DNA of 64,000 nt from Patescibacteria group bacterium (GTDB lineage: Bacteria > Patescibacteriota > Patescibacteriia > UBA9570): the NCBI GenBank assembly GCA_041660305.1, contig JBAZWO010000003.1, forward strand, positions 72,705 through 136,704. The letters are read 5' to 3'. The notes beneath the pieces were generated by a model. The model saw only the letters and a program-made list of their open reading frames with translations, was not told where the DNA came from and searched no databases. The position numbers and the translations under genes are program-made. This document shows positions 1-7,201 of the stretch, in pieces. The stretch's first letter is position 1. The number at the start of each line of letters is the position of its first letter.

Positions 1-552
1 CGCTTGATTTGTATTAGTATTAGCCATTAAGTTCGCTGTTGGCACATTAGTATTCAACTCACCCCATTGTTGTGTTAGGTTGCTCCAGCTTTGTTTAAAA
101 TCAGTCATTAATTTACTAATATTCTGGCTAGTAGCAGCCGTAGCCGTACCCTTATTAGTAGTTGCTACAAAAATCGTTTTTGGTAACGCGTAAATCCACA
201 CTACCATAATTAATATCATCACAGCACTTACTACCAGCCACAAACCCGTACGATTATAAGATAGCTTTTTCTGATTAGCCACTACCTGATCTCTTGGCAA
301 CGCTACTGCTTCAGGCAACGCTTTAGGCATTACTGGCGTAGCTATTACTGGCTGAGTTTTAGTTGGTGTAGTTGGTAAAGAAGTAACTTTAATTTTTTTA
401 ACTGGTTTAATTTTATTGGTTTTGGTTGTTTTCTTCTTTTTAAATATTTTTTTTGACTTTTTAACACGCTGAGCAGTTGATTTTGTAACTACCGCTTTTT
501 TTGTGGTAATTTTTTTTATTGAACGCTTAGTCCGTTTTCTTTTTGCCTCCAT
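1..552 (-). CDS. Membrane protein, Lys-rich N-terminus plus one TM helix; C-terminus lies beyond the window edge
   Basis: Hand translation of the minus strand from ATG 552-550 stays open to position 1 (MEAKRKRTKRSIKKITTKK...WLVVSAVMILIMVVWIY...). It is absent from the ORF track because it runs off the window. Confidence 0.5.
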   Translation of the reverse strand, partial: MEAKRKRTKRSIKKITTKKAVVTKSTAQRVKKSKKIFKKKKTTKTNKIKPVKKIKVTSLPTTPTKTQPVIATPVMPKALPEAVALPRDQVVANQKKLSYNRTGLWLVVSAVMILIMVVWIYALPKTIFVATTNKGTATAATSQNISKLMTDFKQSWSNLTQQWGELNTNVPTANLMANTNTNQA

Positions 553-559
553 AAAATAA

Positions 560-1138
560 TTAATTTGGTTTTAATAGTTCAATCATCGTATCTTCATTCG
601 GTAAATCTTTCGCTTTTACTACTAATTTATCTTTAGCCTCGGCATTTTTTACGCCCATCTCTTTTAGAAAAGCCGCCAAAGTTTCCGCATTATACAAATA
701 CGGCACAATGATTCGGGGTTCAATTTCACTAATCAGCGTAGTGCGCTGCTCTTTAGAAAAATTATCTAGTGGTAACAATAATATATCCGCTCCTTCAATG
801 CTTTCTAATTGTTTGGTGGTAATAGCTGTTTTGCCAGTACCTAAAAAGGCCACGTTCATGCCTTCTACTTCAATAACATAAACCGTGTGTTCAGCTGGCA
901 CGCCATACACAAACACATCATGAATTTCGTATTCACCCGGCCCAGTAACAACAAACGGCTCACCGCTTAATCTTTTAACATTATTAGCTTGCGGATTGCC
1001 AGTATCTGATACTAACACTAACTCAGCCTTGAATTTAGGCAGCGCTAGTTGCTTGGTATCGGTAAAAGGATCGGTAATAATTGTGGCTTGCGTAGTTTGA
1101 ATTTTAAACGCGCCTAAGCCTAACCATTGGATTTGCAT
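560..1138 (-). CDS. MBL-fold (beta-lactamase-like) protein with a degenerate metal-binding motif
   Basis: 192 aa. The N-terminus MQIQWLGLGAFKIQT..IITDPF resembles UPF0173-type metal-dependent hydrolases. No clear HxHxDH motif is visible. Confidence 0.5.
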   Translation of the reverse strand: MQIQWLGLGAFKIQTTQATIITDPFTDTKQLALPKFKAELVLVSDTGNPQANNVKRLSGEPFVVTGPGEYEIHDVFVYGVPAEHTVYVIEVEGMNVAFLGTGKTAITTKQLESIEGADILLLPLDNFSKEQRTTLISEIEPRIIVPYLYNAETLAAFLKEMGVKNAEAKDKLVVKAKDLPNEDTMIELLKPN

Positions 1139-1170
1139 AGCCCAAACTATAGCATAATCTTACAATAGCA

Positions 1171-1827
1171 TCAAATACCCATTTCAATTATTTCTTCGTC
1201 CTGTTTTTGCCAGTCGGCTGGCTTAGTGATTTGTTTCGGTAAATCATCTTTTGACTTTAAATTAGTCTCTGCCACTCCACAACCCGCTGGATCAACTACG
1301 GTAGCTTCTTGCCTTTGTTTAGCCGCATTGGTTTTATCCGCTGCTCCACTTCCAATAGATACTAGTGGTACCAATGGAGTGCTTGGTTGTGCTTTAGCTT
1401 GATTAGTTGAAATGGTAGCGTTTTTACCTAATACGGAATCTAGTTGTCCAATATTAATGCCCCGTTGCTTTTGAATATCCTCAATATTCTGTTGTTTAAT
1501 GTTTTCTTTTTTACGAGCATCTTTAGCAAAAATATGTTGTACAAAGTTACTACCGGTACCAAATTTAGCTTTAGCATGATGCAAATGTCCCTCTTTAATA
1601 GCCGCTTGTGCCATTACCTTAGCCTGATGCAAATGTGTGCTACTTCCCAAATGCTGAGCCGCGTATTTTAACTCTTTATTGCTCTCTATCATTTTCTGCA
1701 TGTTCTTCGATAAACTACTCATTGTTTTAAACTTGTGTACCGTTTGCCCTGGTTGAGTATTACCTTCCACAAAATGTTGCACCAAATCTCGGTTGCTCAT
1801 TTTTGGTAACGTTACTGCTGTTCCCAT
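1171..1827 (-). CDS. Hypothetical protein
   Basis: 218-aa ORF with host-like AT-rich codon usage. No family recognised. Confidence 0.4.
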   Translation of the reverse strand: MGTAVTLPKMSNRDLVQHFVEGNTQPGQTVHKFKTMSSLSKNMQKMIESNKELKYAAQHLGSSTHLHQAKVMAQAAIKEGHLHHAKAKFGTGSNFVQHIFAKDARKKENIKQQNIEDIQKQRGINIGQLDSVLGKNATISTNQAKAQPSTPLVPLVSIGSGAADKTNAAKQRQEATVVDPAGCGVAETNLKSKDDLPKQITKPADWQKQDEEIIEMGI

Positions 1828-1840
1828 AAAAAAATATTAT

Positions 1841-1869
1841 TTGACAAAATGAATTATTTATAGTAATAT
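1841..1869 (+). promoter_or_regulatory. Sigma70-type promoter (TTGACA-17-TAATAT)
   Basis: TTGACA at 1841-1846, a 17-nt spacer, then TAATAT at 1864-1869, upstream of the ORF starting at 1909. Confidence 0.5.
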
Positions 1870-1908
1870 TGTAGCGTAATTTGAGTTTTTTTACTATATA
1901 TTAAATCT

Positions 1909-2394
1909 ATGGGATCCTTAGAAAGATGTCCAATAAAAAAAATACCAGAATCTGAAGAACCCAGAAAACCTGCTGATGTTTTTCAGTTAGTAACCAAGCT
2001 GGATACAAATGTTGCTAAAGTATATTATCCTGCGGGAACAGTAGAATATGATGGAAATAATAAAACATACGCAAACGGAAAACATACATACATAGAAACA
2101 GGTGGAGATCCAAGAATACGTGTACCAAAAAAAACACAAGGAGCTGAATTTATTGGTTTTGATATAAAAAAGAATGGGGATGGAAAAAGAACATATGAAG
2201 CTGAAAGCAGTGCTGCATTCTATATAAAACGAGAAGGCAGTTCAAAAATGATTGTTGATGATAAAAAAACTGGCACTTCTACCACTATAAATCAAAAAAC
2301 AGGAGAAAGAGAAGAAATGCCCGAGATTGAACTACCGGATGCAGAAGAAGTCAACATAGAAAATATAGCTAATATTAGCCAATTTGCTTCTTAA
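1909..2394 (+). CDS. Hypothetical protein
   Basis: 161-aa ORF with its own consensus promoter. No family recognised. Confidence 0.45.
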   Translation: MGSLERCPIKKIPESEEPRKPADVFQLVTKLDTNVAKVYYPAGTVEYDGNNKTYANGKHTYIETGGDPRIRVPKKTQGAEFIGFDIKKNGDGKRTYEAESSAAFYIKREGSSKMIVDDKKTGTSTTINQKTGEREEMPEIELPDAEEVNIENIANISQFAS

Positions 2395-2407
2395 AACACC
2401 GTACTAC

Positions 2408-2435
2408 TTGACAAAATTGTAATATGTGTTATAGT
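2408..2435 (+). promoter_or_regulatory. Sigma70-type promoter (TTGACA-16-TATAGT)
   Basis: TTGACA at 2408-2413 and TATAGT at 2430-2435. Confidence 0.5.
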
Positions 2436-2494
2436 GTTACATTAATTATTAAAAAACTTATAAATATTAATTAAATTATTAACTTACATTTTTT

Positions 2495-2980
2495 ATGAGA
2501 AATACATTTGAATCCCAAGCTGCTAATAATTTTTTGAAAAAAGAACCAAAAAGCAATGCATTAGACAATAAAGATGATGAAAAATTCGTTAGAGAATTAA
2601 GAAAACAAAAAAATGCCCCTAAAGATTTACAAGGGCTTGATACAATGGTTCGTGAATATGTAACTCAACAATATGGTGCGCCAGATAATGAACAAGACAA
2701 AACATATTTTGAATCAAAGATAGACGGCATAAAAGCGAACATTACTGGTGCATTTGATGCTGGCGACTATTTACATCAAGTTGATGCATTAGAAAACGGG
2801 GAAATATTAGAACTTGACCATAAAGTATCCGCTGAAGACCAAGATAAATATAAAGCTACTTTAAAAAGAAACGAAAATCTACGAAACAAAAAATTGCAAC
2901 AAGAAGCAGAAGACGCCGCTCTTGGTAAAAAAATTAGTACGAAAGGTGATGAATGGTTTGAAGGAAAACAAGCTGCTTAA
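2495..2980 (+). CDS. Hypothetical protein (charged, Lys/Glu/Asp-rich)
   Basis: 161-aa ORF flanked by a promoter and a terminator. No family recognised. Confidence 0.45.
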   Translation: MRNTFESQAANNFLKKEPKSNALDNKDDEKFVRELRKQKNAPKDLQGLDTMVREYVTQQYGAPDNEQDKTYFESKIDGIKANITGAFDAGDYLHQVDALENGEILELDHKVSAEDQDKYKATLKRNENLRNKKLQQEAEDAALGKKISTKGDEWFEGKQAA

Positions 2981-2996
2981 ATAGCAACGCTATAAA

Positions 2997-3029
2997 AACC
3001 AGGAGCCAAACGGGGCTCCTGGTTTTTTT
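2997..3029 (+). terminator. Rho-independent terminator (copy 1 of a duplicated module)
   Basis: 11-bp stem AACCAGGAGCC / GGCTCCTGGTT with a 6-nt loop, followed by a T7 run. Confidence 0.75.
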
Positions 3030-3096
3030 GTTGATAAAAATAGAAACTATTTAGCATTAATTGACCGATACTTAATGAAAATGATAACATACAATT

Positions 3097-3303
3097 ATGA
3101 CTACAGCCGCTATTCTTAATCAAATGCAATCTTTAAAGCTTAAAGAACAGCCTATGGTTATGATACCTATAAAATTATGGGAAGAAATTGAGAGTCAATT
3201 AGAAGATTTTGCTATGCTACGTGCTAAACGTTTTAAAACTGATATTGCCAAAGCTCGTCAACAAGTCAAAACAGGAGAAATGGTTAGTTTGCGTAACCTT
3301 TAA
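3097..3303 (+). CDS. Type II antitoxin (RelB/Phd-like), partner of the downstream RelE/ParE toxin
   Basis: 68 aa, ending 3 nt upstream of the toxin gene. Size and position are typical of an antitoxin. Confidence 0.7.
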   Translation: MTTAAILNQMQSLKLKEQPMVMIPIKLWEEIESQLEDFAMLRAKRFKTDIAKARQQVKTGEMVSLRNL

Positions 3304-3306
3304 ATC

Positions 3307-3558
3307 ATGGAAGTAATAATTACTAAGCAAGCTGAACGGGAGTGGAAACGCTTACCTAAAGCTATTCAGGCGCGTCTTAAAACAAAGCTGTTGTTTTTTG
3401 CTGATCAAACCAATCCTTTAATTTTTGCTAAACGTTTAGTAAATAGCGAGTATGGCGAGTATCGTTTTAGAATAGGTGATTATCGGATAATTATTGATGT
3501 TAAAAATGATACAATGTTTGTATTAAAAGTTGGCCACAGAAAAGAAATTTATCAGTAA
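3307..3558 (+). CDS. RelE/ParE family toxin
   Basis: 83 aa. C-terminal ...YRFRIGDYRIIIDV..DTMFVLKVGHRKEIY is the RelE/StbE-type signature. Confidence 0.85.
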   Translation: MEVIITKQAEREWKRLPKAIQARLKTKLLFFADQTNPLIFAKRLVNSEYGEYRFRIGDYRIIIDVKNDTMFVLKVGHRKEIYQ

Positions 3559-3576
3559 ATTCAAGCAAAAGCTTAA

Positions 3577-3610
3577 AACCAGGAGCCAAACGGGGCGCTT
3601 GGTTTTTTTT
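3577..3610 (+). terminator. Rho-independent terminator (degenerate copy 2 of the module at 2997)
   Basis: AAAACCAGGAGCCAAACGGGGCGCTTGGTTTTTTTT. It matches the 2995-3029 sequence except for 2 substitutions in the right arm. Confidence 0.6.
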
Positions 3611-3627
3611 GTTGGGAAAAACTGCTC

Positions 3628-3656
3628 TTGACAATGTGTAATACAGTATATACAAT
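3628..3656 (+). promoter_or_regulatory. Sigma70-type promoter (TTGACA-17-TACAAT); the ATG lies 6 nt after the -10
   Basis: TTGACA at 3628-3633 and TACAAT at 3651-3656, with ATG at 3663. This implies a leaderless brnTA transcript. Confidence 0.6.
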
Positions 3657-3662
3657 AATAGT

Positions 3663-3947
3663 ATGCTTGTTTTACCAGAGCCAATTGAATTTCAATGGGA
3701 TAGTGGTAATAATACCAAAAATGAAGAGAGACACTGCGTATTACAACAAGAATGTGAAGAAGTGTTTTTTGATCTTGATAAAAAAATATTGAAAGATGTG
3801 TTACATTCAGAACATGAGGATCGCTATATTTTACTAGGTCATACTAAAAATCATCGCCCACTGTTTATTGTTTTTACTATCAGACAACAAAAAATTCGTA
3901 TAATTTCCGCACGAGATTTGAATAAAAAAGAACTAACATTATTATGA
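3663..3947 (+). CDS. brnT: BrnT family toxin (DUF497)
   Basis: 94 aa. The N-terminal FQWDSGNNTKNEERH motif matches the BrnT 'F.WD..K...N..KHG' pattern. It overlaps the next ORF by 4 nt. Confidence 0.85.
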   Translation: MLVLPEPIEFQWDSGNNTKNEERHCVLQQECEEVFFDLDKKILKDVLHSEHEDRYILLGHTKNHRPLFIVFTIRQQKIRIISARDLNKKELTLL

Positions 3948-4207
3948 AAAAACCACTCACTATTAAACCTTTTAGTAAAAATGAAGCCGCCGAACAGAAA
4001 TTTTGGAATAATATTGACTTAACTAAACATTTTAGTAAAGAAGATTTTGTACCAGTTAGCTTTCCTAATTTAAAACCATCTTCGCGTTCTATTTCACTGC
4101 GCATACCAGAATATATTTTAATGCGTGTGAAAGAACAGGCTAACGAACTAAATGTGCCCTATCAATCACTAATGAAGCAGTATATCGCCCATGGTGTGAC
4201 ACACTAA
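3944..4207 (+). CDS. brnA: BrnA family antitoxin
   Basis: 87 aa. The C-terminal RHH-like segment ISLRIPEYILMRVKEQANELNVPYQSLMKQYI is typical of BrnA, and the gene is translationally coupled to brnT. Confidence 0.8.
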   Translation: MKKPLTIKPFSKNEAAEQKFWNNIDLTKHFSKEDFVPVSFPNLKPSSRSISLRIPEYILMRVKEQANELNVPYQSLMKQYIAHGVTH

Positions 4208-4295
4208 ACTTGCCTTAATATTATTATTCTGCTAGACTGAAATTAATTGAGCGCTTTACCTATGGTGATGGCGCTTTTTATTTAACTTAATCTTT

Positions 4296-6218
4296 ATGCT
4301 AAAAAAATTATTTATTTTAGTGTTAGTTTGGTTTTGTTTAAATCCAGGATTAACTGCGCGCGCAGAAACTTGCGTATGCGATAACAATACAAATAACAAT
4401 ACCAATACTTCTTCTACCGCTAGAACCACCACCTATGCCACGGCCGTAATAATTAATGAAATACTACCAAATCCTAGCGGCGATGAAAGCCAGGAAGAAT
4501 TTATTGAGCTATATAATACTAGTAGCAGTACGGTGGATTTAACAGATTGGCAGTTAACAGATGCTACCGATAATGGCTATACATTAGCCGGCAGTATTGG
4601 TGCTAAACAATATTTGGTGGTTTATCGCGCCGAATCGGACATTGCCTTAAATAATTCTGGTGATCAAGTACGCTTATTTCACCCTAATGGAAACTTAACT
4701 GATAATATTGAATATGTAGATTCCGCTAAAGATGATACCGGTTATGCTTTAACTACCAGTGGTGATTGGCAATGGACTACTACCCCAACGCCTGGTAAAA
4801 AAAATAGCTTACCGGCTACTACCACGAACACTAATTCTAATACTAATTCTGCAAGTAACACTAATAATAGTAATAACAACTCAAATACCAACACTAACGC
4901 TCCTGTTGTAACTACGCGTACCATACAATTATCGGAATTACTACCCGATCCTACCGGTTCAGATTCTACTGATGAATGGATTGAGCTACATAATTACGGC
5001 ACCAGTACCGTGGATTTAAACGGTTGGCAACTGGCTGATAGTAGCAAAACGTACACTATTTCTACTAGCACGCCCGTACCTAGTAACGGCTATGTGGTAT
5101 TTTGGATTGGGCAAACCGGCCTGTCGTTAAATAACGGCGGTGAAGCTATTTCATTGTTAGATGCTAACCAAGAATTAATCGATAGCGTTACTTACAGCAC
5201 AGCTATTAGCGGCCAAGCTTATGCTCGTTTTGATGATAATTGGAGCTGGACTAGCACGCTTACTCCGGGAGCAACTAATCAATTAGCTAATTCTGGAACA
5301 AACACTAATACCAATCAGGCTAATGCTAAAACTGCGTCAGCTAATAACGCTACACTTAACTTAACGTTAGCGGCCGCACAACAAGCCGAATTAGGTGCCA
5401 CAGTAACCGTAACAGGTATTGTAAATGTGTTACCAAATACATTTGGTAGCCAATATTACTACATACAAGATGATACTGGTGGTTTACAAATTTTTTCTTC
5501 CAAAAAATTGTTTCCGGCTTTAAGCCTTGGCGATCAAGTACAGATAACCGGCACATTAGCTGAAGCCAATGGTGAACGTAAAATAAATACTAGCGCTGCA
5601 GAAGACATGATTATTGTTAACCATGTAGCACCACCTTTACCCATTCCTATATCCAGTTATTCCGCTAATAATATCGGCCAATTAGTACAAATAATCGGCG
5701 TAGTACAAACGAAATCTGGTAGCACGATAACTTTGGATACAAATTGGCAAGTGTATTTAAAACGCGGCACCGGCTTAAAAGCTAGTGCCTTTACAGAAAA
5801 CGCCTCTATTATTGTAGCTGGTATCCTAACCAATTCTAACGACGGTATTCGTGTATTACCGCGTTCTACAGCTGATATTAATAGTGCTACTAATACAACC
5901 ACTAATGCTAATACCGCTCCAGCCGCTATTACCAATACCGGCGAATCAACTAATACTACTTGGTTAGAATCGGCTAGCCCAGTTACACAAAAATATATAG
6001 CTATTTTTATATTACTAGCGGTTGGTATAGTTAGTGTAATTGTAATAATTATGCGCTCGCCGAAACTGCGCCAACGTTTACAGGAACGTTACACCCAAGT
6101 ACTACACCAGTTGGCCGATCGCTTACAACAGTGGGCTCATTTAGGAAAAAATACCACGGGCTTAAATGCCCCGAACCAATATCATGAATCACATCCTTTG
6201 GGAAAAAAGCCTTCTTAA
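4296..6218 (+). CDS. Secreted, membrane-anchored protein with two lamin-tail domains (LTD) and OB-fold-like modules
   Basis: Has a signal peptide. Two copies of the LTD signature are present (INEILPNPSGDESQEEFIELYN..VDL..WQL.D and LSELLPDPTGSDSTDEWIELHN..VDLNGWQLAD). Asn/Thr linkers and a C-terminal TM helix (IAIFILLAVGIVSVIVIIM) are also visible. Confidence 0.75.
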   Translation: MLKKLFILVLVWFCLNPGLTARAETCVCDNNTNNNTNTSSTARTTTYATAVIINEILPNPSGDESQEEFIELYNTSSSTVDLTDWQLTDATDNGYTLAGSIGAKQYLVVYRAESDIALNNSGDQVRLFHPNGNLTDNIEYVDSAKDDTGYALTTSGDWQWTTTPTPGKKNSLPATTTNTNSNTNSASNTNNSNNNSNTNTNAPVVTTRTIQLSELLPDPTGSDSTDEWIELHNYGTSTVDLNGWQLADSSKTYTISTSTPVPSNGYVVFWIGQTGLSLNNGGEAISLLDANQELIDSVTYSTAISGQAYARFDDNWSWTSTLTPGATNQLANSGTNTNTNQANAKTASANNATLNLTLAAAQQAELGATVTVTGIVNVLPNTFGSQYYYIQDDTGGLQIFSSKKLFPALSLGDQVQITGTLAEANGERKINTSAAEDMIIVNHVAPPLPIPISSYSANNIGQLVQIIGVVQTKSGSTITLDTNWQVYLKRGTGLKASAFTENASIIVAGILTNSNDGIRVLPRSTADINSATNTTTNANTAPAAITNTGESTNTTWLESASPVTQKYIAIFILLAVGIVSVIVIIMRSPKLRQRLQERYTQVLHQLADRLQQWAHLGKNTTGLNAPNQYHESHPLGKKPS

Positions 6219-6951
6219 GTAATGCTTCCAAATCTTCTTTATGCAATAAAGTGTGTTCTAATTCTAAGGCAATCATATACAGTTGCTGTCGTTCTTGACC
6301 AGATAACACGCCAGTTTTGTAATACTCATCTATTTTCTGTTTAAAATCATTCAAATAAGTTTTACGTGTTTCCACGTCGATAGATTTAAAGTTGTCATTA
6401 TATAATCGCAAGCCAAAAAACAAATCAAACAAATTGTATTGTCCGGCGCGGTATTGATTTACATGCAGGCTAGGCGCATAGCGCGGCCGACGGTGTAATA
6501 CCGCGCCCTCACGCAACAATAAGTGACCAGTGGGTTTCAAGATACGATGTAAAATATCTAATAAAGTTGTTTGATCTTCTTTATTTAAAGCGGTTAATGC
6601 CCCATCACCTAAAATAACATCAAAGGTATTTTCTGGAAAATTCATGGTTAACCAATCGGATACTATAGTAGTTTCATTAGGATGATTTTGGTAATGCATT
6701 AACTGACTTTTATCTTGCAATGTTTTAGCATCATGATCCACGGTAGTTAATTTGTGTTGGTACGATAACACAATGTCTCTTAACTCTGGTGTAGCTCCTA
6801 ATACTAAAGTATTAATGGTGTCCGCTCCGGCTACCGAGCGATTGTATAAATCGTTAAATTTTTCCAGAGTTTCTTCTGATACAGCTGGGGCATCCACTTT
6901 GCCATAACGCTGGGTATGATGTAATGGTTTAATAATTTTTGGATCGAACAT
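6049..6951 (-). CDS. Class I SAM-dependent methyltransferase-like protein
   Basis: 300 aa with VLGATPELRD...TTVDHD...FDVILGDGAL, resembling motifs I-III of Rossmann methyltransferases. The 3' end overlaps the convergent LTD gene by 170 nt. Confidence 0.55.
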   Translation of the reverse strand: MFDPKIIKPLHHTQRYGKVDAPAVSEETLEKFNDLYNRSVAGADTINTLVLGATPELRDIVLSYQHKLTTVDHDAKTLQDKSQLMHYQNHPNETTIVSDWLTMNFPENTFDVILGDGALTALNKEDQTTLLDILHRILKPTGHLLLREGAVLHRRPRYAPSLHVNQYRAGQYNLFDLFFGLRLYNDNFKSIDVETRKTYLNDFKQKIDEYYKTGVLSGQERQQLYMIALELEHTLLHKEDLEALLKKAFFPKDVIHDIGSGHLSPWYFFLNEPTVVSDRPTGVVLGCNVPVNVGAVSASA

Positions 6952-6986
6952 GTTTTAACTATACTGCCGTTTGTTTTTTCAAGCAA

Positions 6987-7015
6987 TTGACGAAAGCTAA
7001 AAAATTTGGTAGAAT
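6987..7015 (+). promoter_or_regulatory. Sigma70-type promoter (TTGACG-17-TAGAAT with a TGn extension)
   Basis: TTGACG at 6987-6992 and TGgTAGAAT at 7007-7015. Confidence 0.45.
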
Positions 7016-7048
7016 ATAGATAAGTTTAAAAAATAAAAACAAAAACTT

Positions 7049-7159
7049 ATGTCTGTAAAATACGGCATGATTCGCTTATATCCAGCCGCTGACCCTATTT
7101 ATCTAGGCATTGCCCAACGTTCATTATGGCAACAGCTGGTTTGGTGTTTTGCTTGGTAA
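7049..7159 (+). CDS. Possible 36-aa Trp-rich small protein
   Basis: Hand-translated as MSVKYGMIRLYPAADPIYLGIAQRSLWQQLVWCFAW*. It sits downstream of a good promoter and is below the ORF-track size cutoff. Confidence 0.25.
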   Translation: MSVKYGMIRLYPAADPIYLGIAQRSLWQQLVWCFAW

Positions 7160-7201
7160 AATAGCCATTAGCTCCGTTAGATATTGTGCTATACTGCTAG
7201 C

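Noticed and set aside
4380-4905. AAT/ACT/AAC-rich stretches (also at 60990-61110 and 19230-19290) as microsatellites or non-coding repeats
   Set aside because: They are in frame within secreted-protein genes and encode Asn/Thr/Ser linkers. The units are imperfect, so they are low-complexity coding sequence rather than discrete tandem repeats. The exception is the perfect 12-bp x5 repeat at 27800-27859, which is reported.
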